Below, piece after piece: positions 55,470-64,000 of a stretch of DNA of 64,000 bases. The translations under genes and the position numbers were made by a program. Source of the stretch: Spirochaetia bacterium. GTDB lineage: Bacteria > Spirochaetota > Spirochaetia > SZUA-6 > Bin103. The DNA lies in the NCBI GenBank assembly GCA_965203055.1, contig OZ241863.1:1632001-1696000 (forward strand). Direction: 5' to 3'. Position 1 is the stretch's first letter. Every line of letters begins with the position of its first letter. A model generated the notes under the pieces. The model worked only from the letters and a program-made list of their open reading frames with translations, searched no databases and was not told the origin of the DNA.

Positions 55470-56966
55470 CTACCGGCCGCGCCTGCTCGGCCCAAACCCT
55501 TCAGGCCAGTGGTCTTCAGGCCAGAACTCGGCCGGGAAACTGAATTGAGCGTTGGCCGGCGGAATCAGATAGGACTGCAATTCGAGCTCCCCTACTCCAT
55601 CTGAAGTACGAGCATCATGGTCCCGGTCCGCGCGATCTCTCCACGACCCCCGCATGGGATAGCACTTCAGCGGCCACGTGGCTGTTCCGGCCGGCGATCG
55701 AACGGCGGGATTCTTTGCCAGAACGATTTCGTCCGCGCTCTGCAACTGCACGAAGTAGGGCGAATGGGTAGCGACGATCACTTGCCGCAACGGGTTGTCG
55801 GCGGCCACCCGCTCTTCCGGGTCGATCGCGATGTCGTGCAGCAATTGATTCATGGCCGCCAGCCGCTCCGGGTGGATGCCGTTTTCGGGCTCCTCCATAC
55901 AGTACACGCCGGCGTCGGCCGCTTCGGAGATAGCGGTCAGGGCCAGGAACCGCAGGGTACCGTCGGAAATCGAATTCGCCCGCAGGCGTACCCCGCCGCG
56001 TTCTTCGAGCTCCAGGGAATAGAGCTGGCGCACTTCGTCGCTCACCGCCCGCACCGCCCGGACCGGCGCCAGGCGCGACAGCGTGTTGGCGATTCGGCTC
56101 AGGAGGTCGTCATGCGGGTCGTCCGCGCCCGCGGATGGGGAAGTGCGGCTGGCCAGATGGTGCAGGGTGACGGGGATGTGTCCGCCGTCCGCAGTGATGC
56201 CCGGTTGGTCGGTGAATTTGTCCGGCCTCCGCATCGCCGATGGTTCCAGCGCCAGGATGCGCCACCGCTGCATTTCCCGGCGCGCCGCCAGGATCGTCGG
56301 CGTCGCCGCAGTGTTCTCGGTGCCGATGATCGTTCGGGGGGCGCTTTCGGCGGACGCCGCGGGCCGCGACCGCCCCGAGGAGCCGCCATCCTGATGGACG
56401 ACGATGGCCGCCGGTTCCGCCGCTCGGTCATTGCGCGTGGAGATATAGCCGGCTCCGCGCCGCTTGTTGAAGATGACGTTGCTCCGAAACTGCTGTTTGT
56501 CGTGCGGAAACCGAAGCCTTTGAGCGGCTTCGCCGGACGGGATGTGGCGCAGGTCTTCACGTTCCAGAACGAGGCCGCCGAACGGTCCGGCGGAGGAGGA
56601 TGGCGGTTCGTGTCGAAACGCGACTTCGTACCGCAAGAACGTCGATGAAGGCGCTCCCGGCCGTCCGAAGTCGTCCACGACCTGTCTGTCCACGATCATC
56701 TCCGCGGCCAACCTGATACGGTCCATCGTTTCGCCATTGGCGGAGAAGAACAGGTCGCCGATTTCGCCGGTATCCTGCGCGGAGCTCCGAATCAGCAGTG
56801 CCGATTGATTGATGGTGTGGTCGGTCAGCAAGGACAGAAACCGGATGGCGTCGAAGATGTTGGACTTGCCGACGCCGTTGACTCCGGCGATGCAGGTGTA
56901 CGGTCCCAGATCAAGCGTAAAATCGACCAGATTCTTGAAGCCGTCTACTTCAATGCGGGTCAGCAT
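55470..56966 (-). CDS. AAA_21/AAA_15-type ABC ATPase
   Basis: IEVDGFKNL, GVNGVGKSNIFDA, SDGTLRFLAL, EEPENGIHP, ATHSP; RBS GGAGA. Confidence 0.88.
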   Translation of the reverse strand: MLTRIEVDGFKNLVDFTLDLGPYTCIAGVNGVGKSNIFDAIRFLSLLTDHTINQSALLIRSSAQDTGEIGDLFFSANGETMDRIRLAAEMIVDRQVVDDFGRPGAPSSTFLRYEVAFRHEPPSSSAGPFGGLVLEREDLRHIPSGEAAQRLRFPHDKQQFRSNVIFNKRRGAGYISTRNDRAAEPAAIVVHQDGGSSGRSRPAASAESAPRTIIGTENTAATPTILAARREMQRWRILALEPSAMRRPDKFTDQPGITADGGHIPVTLHHLASRTSPSAGADDPHDDLLSRIANTLSRLAPVRAVRAVSDEVRQLYSLELEERGGVRLRANSISDGTLRFLALTAISEAADAGVYCMEEPENGIHPERLAAMNQLLHDIAIDPEERVAADNPLRQVIVATHSPYFVQLQSADEIVLAKNPAVRSPAGTATWPLKCYPMRGSWRDRADRDHDARTSDGVGELELQSYLIPPANAQFSFPAEFWPEDHWPEGFGPSRRGR

Positions 56967-57130
56967 GACCGTCTCCTGCGAGCGCGGCGCCGCCGCCGCG
57001 GGACCGCTCGTTAAGGGTAGCATAGGCCGTCTCCCCTGGGTTCATCTACCCTGCTCCCGGCCGCGCTGCTCTGCCGGCGCGCATTGCGTCTTGCGGGCCA
57101 ACCGGCCTACGTTCTGAGCCGGAGGGGTCG

Positions 57131-57949
57131 ATGGGTACGGAGGGCAGCGCGCGGGAAGGCAGCCGCCGGCGGCTGGATGGCCGGGTGGCGTTGATCGCCG
57201 GCGGAGCGGGGGCCATGGGTTCGGCGGTGGCGCGCCGGTTCGCCGCGGCCGGGGCGCGGGTCGGGGTGGCCGACTACCGCCTGGACGCGGCCGCGGCGGT
57301 CGCCGCGGAGCTGACCGCGGCGGGCGGCGGCGCGCAGGCGGTGGCGCTCGACGTCACCGAACCCGAAGCGTGGCAGGCTGCCGCGGCGCAGGTGGAGGCG
57401 CGCTTCGGCTCGCTGACCACCATGTGCTACCTGGCCGGGGGCAATCACCGGGTGAGCTACGACGCGATGACCGTAGCGCAGTTTCGGCGCATCCTGGAGT
57501 TGAACCTGACCGGCATCTTCATCGGCATCAAGGCGGTGGTGCCGGCGCTGCGCCGCGCCGGCGGCGGCTGCATCATCAGCGTCGGTTCGCTGGCCGCGCT
57601 GCGCGCCGGCCGCGGCGCCCCGGCCTACGCCTGCAGCAAGTTCGGCGTCAACGCCCTGACCGCGGCCACCGCCGCGGCCTACGCGGGCGACGGCATCCGC
57701 TGCTGCCAAGTGAACCCGGGCCACGTCGACACACCGTTCATCCGCGGCTCCAGCGACTACAGCCCCAACGACTGGTCCACCTCGATCGACAACCCCGACA
57801 ATTATGAACGCCGCCGCCGGGCGACGCCGCTGGGACGGCTCAATCAGCCGGAGGAGATCGCCGAAGCGTTCGCCTTTCTCGCCTCCGACGCCGCCGCCAT
57901 GATCACCGGCTCCGCCATCACCGTGGACGGCGGCGCCGCCCTTACCTGA
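57131..57949 (+). CDS. SDR family oxidoreductase
   Basis: AGGAGAMG, YACSKFG, NPGHVDTP, PLGRLNQPEEIA, ITGSAITVDGG. Confidence 0.92.
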   Translation: MGTEGSAREGSRRRLDGRVALIAGGAGAMGSAVARRFAAAGARVGVADYRLDAAAAVAAELTAAGGGAQAVALDVTEPEAWQAAAAQVEARFGSLTTMCYLAGGNHRVSYDAMTVAQFRRILELNLTGIFIGIKAVVPALRRAGGGCIISVGSLAALRAGRGAPAYACSKFGVNALTAATAAAYAGDGIRCCQVNPGHVDTPFIRGSSDYSPNDWSTSIDNPDNYERRRRATPLGRLNQPEEIAEAFAFLASDAAAMITGSAITVDGGAALT

Positions 57950-57987
57950 GACCTGAAGTCGCTGGAGGCCGCGCGCCGCGCGGACGC

Positions 57988-58707
57988 TCAGGCCACCCCC
58001 GCTTCGAGAATCATCGTTACCCCCATGTCCAGGTAGCGGCCCGGATCGTCGCCGGCCGTGGTGCGCATGCACACGTGCGCGCCGGTGCCCTCCACTTCGC
58101 GCGCCAGATAGCGGACGCAGTCATCCACGCTCCGCAGCGCATGGCGGGGATGGCGGCGCAGATCGAAGGTCATGTCGGCCGGGCCGATGGTCAAGAAGTC
58201 GACGCCGGGCTTGGCCAGGCGCCGCGCCGCGGTGACCGCGGCGACCGACTCGATCTGCAGCGCCAGCGCGCCGGTCCGCTCCCAGGTCCGGGCGTAGTCC
58301 TCCAGGCTCTGATCGGCGTAGCCGTACCGCGCCGCGCCGCCCCAACTCCGCGCGCCGGTCGGCGGGTAGTAGAAGTTGGCTACCGCCTCGTCGGCCGTGG
58401 CCTCCTGTTCCACTTGCGGCACTTCGATGGCCTGCGGCCCCAGGTCCAGGTAGTTGCCCACCAGAAAGGTGAACCGGGTGTGCTTGATGCGAAAGCAGAC
58501 CGCCACCCCCACCTCCGCGGCCGCGGCGCAGAATGCCGCCAGGGTCCGTTCATCGAATGCCGAGTGCTGCGCGTCCACCGACACGAAGTCGTAGGGGCGC
58601 CGGGCGACGACGGCGCGCAGCCAGTCGACCTCCGGGCGCATCGGTATGGAAGCGCCGAAGATCTTCTCGCCGGCGCGGATCCGTTGCTTGAACGTCAGTT
58701 TTTCCAA
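57988..58707 (-). CDS. HpcH/HpaI aldolase family protein
   Basis: DFVSVDAQH, YLDLGP..IEVPQV, YYPPTGARS, QIES, IGPADM; GGAGG RBS. Confidence 0.88.
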   Translation of the reverse strand: MEKLTFKQRIRAGEKIFGASIPMRPEVDWLRAVVARRPYDFVSVDAQHSAFDERTLAAFCAAAAEVGVAVCFRIKHTRFTFLVGNYLDLGPQAIEVPQVEQEATADEAVANFYYPPTGARSWGGAARYGYADQSLEDYARTWERTGALALQIESVAAVTAARRLAKPGVDFLTIGPADMTFDLRRHPRHALRSVDDCVRYLAREVEGTGAHVCMRTTAGDDPGRYLDMGVTMILEAGVA

Positions 58708-58792
58708 AATGCTTCCTCCTGCACGGTGCGTTCCCTGCGTTCCCCGCGCACTCTATCATCATCGCGCGCCCCCGTATTATGGTCGGGCCGCT

Positions 58793-59689
58793 ATGGCAAG
58801 GCAGGCAGAGTCCCGGGAGACCCAGGTAGAGATCATCGTGCGGCGGCGGTCGCTGGTCGGCGAAGGCGCGATCTGGGACGCCGAGCGGCAGGTGCTGTAC
58901 TGGGTGGACATCATCGGCCACAAGCTGTTCGTGTACGACCCGGCGACGGGCGAGAACCGCGCGCTCGACACCCTGCAGGCGGTGGGCACGGTGGTGCCGC
59001 GCGCCGCCGGCGGGGTGGTCGTGGCGCTCCACAACGGCTTTGCCGGCCTCGACCCGGACAGCGGTTCGATGCGCCCCATCGCCGATCCGGAACGCCATCT
59101 CCCGGCCAACCGCTTCAACGACGGCAAGTGCGACCCGGCCGGCCGGCTGTGGGCCGGCACCATGGAGTTCGACGGCGCGCCGGGGCGCGGCGCGCTCTAC
59201 TGCCTCGAAGTGGACGGCACCGTAACCCGCAAGTTCGGCGGCGTTACCATCTCCAATGGGATCGTCTGGAGCCGGGACGGGCGCACCATGTACTACGTCG
59301 ATACCGGGCGCAACGACGTGCGCGCATACGACTACGACCTGGACAGCGGCGCCATCGACAACGAACGGGTCACGGTGACCAATGCCGGGCGCGGCCGCTT
59401 CGACGGCATGACGATGGATGAGGAAGGCATGCTGTGGATCGCGATCTTCGGCGGCGGCGCAGTGCGCCGCTACCACCCCGAGAGCGGCGAGCTGTTGGCC
59501 ACCGTGGAGCTGCCGATGAGCCAGATTACCTCGTGCGCCTTTGGCGGCCCCGACCTGAGCGATCTGTACGTCACCTCGGCCTGCCTGCGCCTGAGCCCCG
59601 CCGAGCGGGAGGCGGAGCCGCTGGCCGGCTCATTGGTAAAGGTGGCGCCCGGCGTGCGCGGCCTCCCTGCCATCCCCTACGCCGGCTAG
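58793..59689 (+). CDS. SMP-30/gluconolactonase/LRE family protein
   Basis: GEGAIW, LYWVDI, RFNDGKCDPAGRLWAGTM, ISNGI, FDGMTMD, TSCAFGGPDL. Confidence 0.93.
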   Translation: MARQAESRETQVEIIVRRRSLVGEGAIWDAERQVLYWVDIIGHKLFVYDPATGENRALDTLQAVGTVVPRAAGGVVVALHNGFAGLDPDSGSMRPIADPERHLPANRFNDGKCDPAGRLWAGTMEFDGAPGRGALYCLEVDGTVTRKFGGVTISNGIVWSRDGRTMYYVDTGRNDVRAYDYDLDSGAIDNERVTVTNAGRGRFDGMTMDEEGMLWIAIFGGGAVRRYHPESGELLATVELPMSQITSCAFGGPDLSDLYVTSACLRLSPAEREAEPLAGSLVKVAPGVRGLPAIPYAG

Positions 59690-59896
59690 CGCTGCCGGTT
59701 GGCGGCCCGGTTCGGCGGCGGGCGGCGCCGTTCGGGGCATCACGTTGCAGGAACCGGCGGTAGCAGCGATGTAGTCCCGCGGCGCCACGTTCGCCGCGAG
59801 CGCTCATTTGACGGTTGGCCGGCGGCGCGCGGCGCGCGGCTGAGCGAGCCCCGGCGTTGACCGCGTTGCGCGGCGGGCGATAGATTCCGTGCTTCC

Positions 59897-62086
59897 GTGA
59901 CCCTGCCTGCCGACATCGCCGCGCTCGTGGAGCGTACCCAACCGGGCTTTCGCGTGGCCGCGGCCTTCGCCGCCGACATCAGCCGGGAGGGCCGCCTGAC
60001 CACCGAATGGCTGGCCGCCGGGCCGGCCGGCCTGGCGCTGGTGCGCGGCCGGGCGGTCACCGTGCTGGCGCGGGCCGAACTCGAGTCGCTTGCCACGCAC
60101 CGCTATCTGAGCGGCGGGCGGCTGACGGCGCGGCGCGCCGGCGGCGAGCTGCTGCTGGCCCGCTACTCCGGCGCCCGCGCGGGCGCCGCGGAGGAGTTCG
60201 TACGTACTGCCAATCGCGTGCTGCGGGAGGACGAGGAACCGGCGCGCGGCATCGAGCAGGCCGCGGCGCCGGATACCGCGGCCGCGGCGGAGCCGGGCGC
60301 CGCCGCCGCGTCGGCCGCGCCGGCCGCCGGCCGCGTGCTGCCGCGGCTGTTCGCCCTGATGCCGCCCGGCAAATACTGGCGGCTGCCGGTCATTGCGCTG
60401 GCGCTCGCCGGGGCGGCCGGCGCCGCGGTGCTGGCGCCGCTGCTGGCGGGGCGCTTCCTGTTCGACGAGGTGCTGGCCCCCGACGGCCGCTTTGCCGGCC
60501 GGCTGCTGCTGGCGGTGGGCCTGCTGCTGCTGGCGCGGCTTGCCAACGTGGCGTGCAACGTCACCTGGGGGTGGACCAACGCCGCCTTGATCCATGACCT
60601 GGAGATCACGCTCAAGCGCACCGCGTTCGGCTCGCTGCAGCGCCTCTCCATGCGCTTCTACGGCGCCCGCCATACCGGCGAGATGATGACCCGCCTGGAG
60701 CAGGACGCCTCCGACATTGCGCTGCTGTTCCACCTCATCGCGCCGAACGCGCTCACCGGCGGCCTGTTCGTGGCCGGCTCGCTGATCGCCATGCTGCTCC
60801 TCGACTGGCAGCTCGCCCTGGCCGCCATCCTCCCCTTCCCGCTGCTGTTCATCGTGTTCCGGCGCATCATTCCGGAAGTCAACTCCTACTTCGAGCGCCT
60901 GTTCCGCGCCGAGGCAGAACTGCGCACCGTCACCAGCGATTCCCTGACCGGCGCGCGGGTGGTGCGCGCCTTTGGCCGCCAGGAGTATGAGCTGAAACGC
61001 TTCGCCGGACCCAATCGCGCCGCGGCGCGGCTCGGTCACCTGGCCGACGTCATGGAGGGAACCACGCAGCCGCCGATGCAGCTCGTCACCGAGCTGGTAC
61101 TGGTGGGGGTGTGGGCGGCCGGCGCCTGGGCGGTGGCGCGTGATCAGGTGAGCGTCGGGGCTCTGGTGACCTTCGCCGCCTATCTGGCGCAATTCTTCTG
61201 GCCGGTGGGCGGCCTGGTGTCGCTGGCGCAGGATTGGGCCCGCGTCGCCACCGCGGCGCGGCGGCTGCTGACCTTGATCGACGCGCCGCCGGACCTGCCG
61301 CAGCCGGCGCGCCCGCGGCGCGCCGCTCCGGCAAGCGGCGGGGTCACCCTGGAGCGGGTGTCGTTCAGCTACACCCCCGGCCAGCCGGCGCTGCGCGGCG
61401 TGAGCCTGCAGGCCGCGGCCGGCGAGATGATCGGCCTGGTGGGGCCCACCGGGGCCGGCAAGTCGACGGTGATCAACCTGCTGGCGCGGCTCTACGATGC
61501 GGACGAAGGGGTGGCGCGGCTTGGCGGCCGCGACGTGCGCTCGCTCGCCGCCGCCGACCTGAGCGGCCAGATCGGCATCGTCCTGCAGGACACCTACCTG
61601 TTTCTGGGCAGCGTGGCCGCCAACATCGGCTACGCCCGGCCCGACGCGGGGCGCAACCGGATCGTCGCCGCGGCCATGGCGGCCAACGCCCACGACTTCA
61701 TCGTGCAGCTTCCCGACGGGTACGACACCGAGTTGGGGCCGGGCGGCCAGGAGTTGTCCGGCGGGCAGCGGCAACGTCTCGCCATTGCCCGCGCGCTGCT
61801 GTTGGATCCGCCGATCCTGCTGATGGATGAGGCGACCTCCAGCGTGGACAGCGAGACCGAGCTGCGCATCCAGGCGGCCATCGAACGGTTGGTGCGCGGC
61901 CGCACGGTGGTGATGATCGCCCATCGGCTGTCCACCCTGCGGATGGCCGAGCGGCTCTACGTGCTGGACCGCGGACAGGTGGTGGAGAGCGGCCCGCACC
62001 ACCGGCTGATGCGCAGCGGCGGATTCTATCAGCGGCTGGTGGAGCGCCAGCGGGAGGCGTTGCACGTGATCGGAGTTGGCGAATGA
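59897..62086 (+). CDS. ABC transporter fused permease/ATPase with N-terminal extension
   Basis: Six TM segments; GPTGAGKST, LSGGQRQR, LMDEATSSVD, IAHRLST. Confidence 0.93.
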   Translation: MTLPADIAALVERTQPGFRVAAAFAADISREGRLTTEWLAAGPAGLALVRGRAVTVLARAELESLATHRYLSGGRLTARRAGGELLLARYSGARAGAAEEFVRTANRVLREDEEPARGIEQAAAPDTAAAAEPGAAAASAAPAAGRVLPRLFALMPPGKYWRLPVIALALAGAAGAAVLAPLLAGRFLFDEVLAPDGRFAGRLLLAVGLLLLARLANVACNVTWGWTNAALIHDLEITLKRTAFGSLQRLSMRFYGARHTGEMMTRLEQDASDIALLFHLIAPNALTGGLFVAGSLIAMLLLDWQLALAAILPFPLLFIVFRRIIPEVNSYFERLFRAEAELRTVTSDSLTGARVVRAFGRQEYELKRFAGPNRAAARLGHLADVMEGTTQPPMQLVTELVLVGVWAAGAWAVARDQVSVGALVTFAAYLAQFFWPVGGLVSLAQDWARVATAARRLLTLIDAPPDLPQPARPRRAAPASGGVTLERVSFSYTPGQPALRGVSLQAAAGEMIGLVGPTGAGKSTVINLLARLYDADEGVARLGGRDVRSLAAADLSGQIGIVLQDTYLFLGSVAANIGYARPDAGRNRIVAAAMAANAHDFIVQLPDGYDTELGPGGQELSGGQRQRLAIARALLLDPPILLMDEATSSVDSETELRIQAAIERLVRGRTVVMIAHRLSTLRMAERLYVLDRGQVVESGPHHRLMRSGGFYQRLVERQREALHVIGVGE

Positions 62087-62580
62087 ATCGCACTGACCCG
62101 GCCCGGCTGGGCCCCGAACAGATCCGCTTCGAACGCACCGGCGGCGACTTGGTGCGCGCCATTCTGGCCGACGGCACGCGCCATGAACCGGTGGACTTCT
62201 ACCGCGCATTTCCCTTCTCGGCGCCGGATGACCTGGTCGCAGTGCATGACGCGGATGGCGCGGAGCTGGGATTGCTGGCGCCGCTCGAGACCTTCTCCGC
62301 GGCCGCTCGCCGGCTGATCGACGAGGAACTTGAGCGCCGCTACTTCGCCCCGCGGATCACCGCCGTTACCTCCCTGACGGAACGGTTCGGACAATCGCAC
62401 TGGCAGGTGGAAACGGAAGCCGGTCCGGCGCGGTTCACCGCCCGGAACGAGCACGCCAACCTGCGCGATCTGCCGGACGGGACCCTGCTGCTGCTCGACG
62501 TGGACGGCAACCGCTACCGCCTGGCGCCGCGCTCCGAGCTGCCGCCGCGCATCCGGCGCCGGCTGGAGGCGATGTTTTGA
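62083..62580 (+). CDS. DUF1854 domain protein
   Basis: RAFPFSAPD, EELERRYFAPRI, WQVETEAGP, LLDVDGNRY; between two ABC exporters. Confidence 0.8.
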   Translation: MNRTDPARLGPEQIRFERTGGDLVRAILADGTRHEPVDFYRAFPFSAPDDLVAVHDADGAELGLLAPLETFSAAARRLIDEELERRYFAPRITAVTSLTERFGQSHWQVETEAGPARFTARNEHANLRDLPDGTLLLLDVDGNRYRLAPRSELPPRIRRRLEAMF

Positions 62581-64000
62581 CCGCGCCGCCCCCGGTGTTG
62601 GCGGTGGTGGCCGCGGCGGCGCCGGGAGAAGCGCCGCTGCACTACGCGCCGGCGGACCTCGACGCGCGCGCCCACTACCAGGACGGACACCTGGTGGTCA
62701 CCGAGCGCAGCGTACTCGCCATTGCCGGCGGGCGCGTGGTGTTGCGTCACGCGCGCCGGCCCGGCGACCGCTTCGCCGCCCACGTGATGACCGGCTCCGG
62801 CCTGTTTCTGCTCCTCCCGGAGCACCGCGGCGAGGCGGCCGGCGGCGCGCCGGGCAGCCGCGCCCTCGCCCGCTTCAGCCGCCGCCATGCCGGCGCCTAC
62901 CTGCGGCTGGCCGCGGCCCTGGGCGGCGCCGCGCGCAGCGCGCGCCCGGAGCGCGACGCCGCGCCCGCGGCCGACGGCCTGCGCGCGCAACAGCGCGGCG
63001 GTTTCGCCCGCGACTGGGTGGCGGAACCGCTGCGCAACCCGCGCGCGGTCCTGCTGCGGCTGCTGGCCTTCCTCCGGCCCCATCGCGGGACCCTGCTCCT
63101 GACCTTGCTGCTGTTCGCCGCGGCCAACCTGCTCGCGCTGGCGATCCCGCAGTTCACCCGCGTGCTGCTCGACGACTGGCTGGTGCCGCGCACCGTCCGG
63201 CCGGCGCCGGTGGCCTGGCTGCTGGCCGCAATGGCCGGCTGCTACGTGCTGCGCGCCGCCATCCTGGTGCTGCGCAACCGCGGCGTGGCGCGCCTCAGCG
63301 CCGGGCTGGTGTACGACCTGCGGCGCGCCGTCTACGCCAGCGTGCAGACCATGTCGCTGCGCTTCATCGCCGCCAAGCCGCCCGGCGACGTCCTCAACCG
63401 GGTGGCCGCCGACACCACCAACCTGCGCCGGTTCCTGCAGAGCTGGGCCACCGAGGGCGTGAGCCAGGCGCTGCTGTTCGTGTTGCTGTGCGCGGTCGCC
63501 TTCGTCCAGAACTGGTTGTTGGCCCTGCTCACCATCGCCACCATTCCGCTGGCGGCGCTGCTGGCGGTAGCGGTGTGGCGGCTGGCGCGGTGGATGGAGC
63601 GTACCCATCACCGCCTGCACGACAAGATCGGCACCTTCGTCCACGACGTGCTGGCCGGCATCCGCGTGGTCAAGGCGTTTCGTCGCGAGCCGGCCGAGAT
63701 CGCCCGCTACCGCCGCTGGACGGCGCGCAAGTACGTCATCGACGTGCGCAACCAGAAGATCTGGCGCACCATGGGGCCGCTGGTCGAGTTCTCCACCCGC
63801 CTGGGCGAGTTGCTGGTGTTCCTGGTCGGCGGCGCCCTGGTGCTGGCCGGCGAGCTGAGCGTCGGCGAGCTGGTGCAGTTCGCGGCCTACGTGGTGCTGC
63901 TGGTGGAGCCGCTGGCCTGGGCCGGGGAGCTGCCGCAGCGGTTGGTCGAGACGCTGACCTCCGCCGAGCGGGTGTTCGAAGCGATCGACCAGCAGCCGGA
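62577..64000 (+). CDS. Second ABC transporter fused permease/ATPase (5' part, runs off window end)
   Basis: TTGA overlap start; open frame with TM helices, DLRRAVYASVQTMSLRF, GIRVVKAFRRE, LSVGELVQF, TSAERVFE. Confidence 0.88.
   Translation, partial: MTAPPPVLAVVAAAAPGEAPLHYAPADLDARAHYQDGHLVVTERSVLAIAGGRVVLRHARRPGDRFAAHVMTGSGLFLLLPEHRGEAAGGAPGSRALARFSRRHAGAYLRLAAALGGAARSARPERDAAPAADGLRAQQRGGFARDWVAEPLRNPRAVLLRLLAFLRPHRGTLLLTLLLFAAANLLALAIPQFTRVLLDDWLVPRTVRPAPVAWLLAAMAGCYVLRAAILVLRNRGVARLSAGLVYDLRRAVYASVQTMSLRFIAAKPPGDVLNRVAADTTNLRRFLQSWATEGVSQALLFVLLCAVAFVQNWLLALLTIATIPLAALLAVAVWRLARWMERTHHRLHDKIGTFVHDVLAGIRVVKAFRREPAEIARYRRWTARKYVIDVRNQKIWRTMGPLVEFSTRLGELLVFLVGGALVLAGELSVGELVQFAAYVVLLVEPLAWAGELPQRLVETLTSAERVFEAIDQQP

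Overview
GC-rich bacterial chromosome segment. The gene set and order (queA-ruvB-ruvA-ruvC-yebC, hemW-lepB, PEGA/FGE protein-smpB-ssrA, spirochete-type lptA-lptB, fabZ-fadD) suggest a Spirochaetales organism. The YWTD-repeat lipoprotein, sulfatase, PhyH/TauD dioxygenases and many restriction-modification/ATPase genes would fit a host-associated (e.g. sponge) symbiont; both assignments are inference. Core genes, tmRNA, tRNA-Lys(TTT) and tRNA-Glu(CTC) alternate with three accessory patches (about 13.5-30 kb, 35.1-39.3 kb and 46.9-57 kb). No integrase, transposase or CRISPR array is visible. Most notable: (1) a three-copy composite repeat (conserved leader + 3' tail of a type IIG/IIL RM gene + HNH nuclease gene) with complementary deletions, one copy per accessory patch; (2) gene-sized low-GC passenger segments joined at Pro/Gly-rich linkers, one behind a host-like lipoprotein signal via a 26-C tract and inactivated by a 5-bp duplication; (3) a Zn-finger HNH endonuclease plus tandem-fused methyltransferase pair with a nested palindromic operator; (4) an SPT-like/fabZ/fadD lipid operon; (5) frequent leaderless-type promoters. 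All family assignments come from motif recognition, not database searches.
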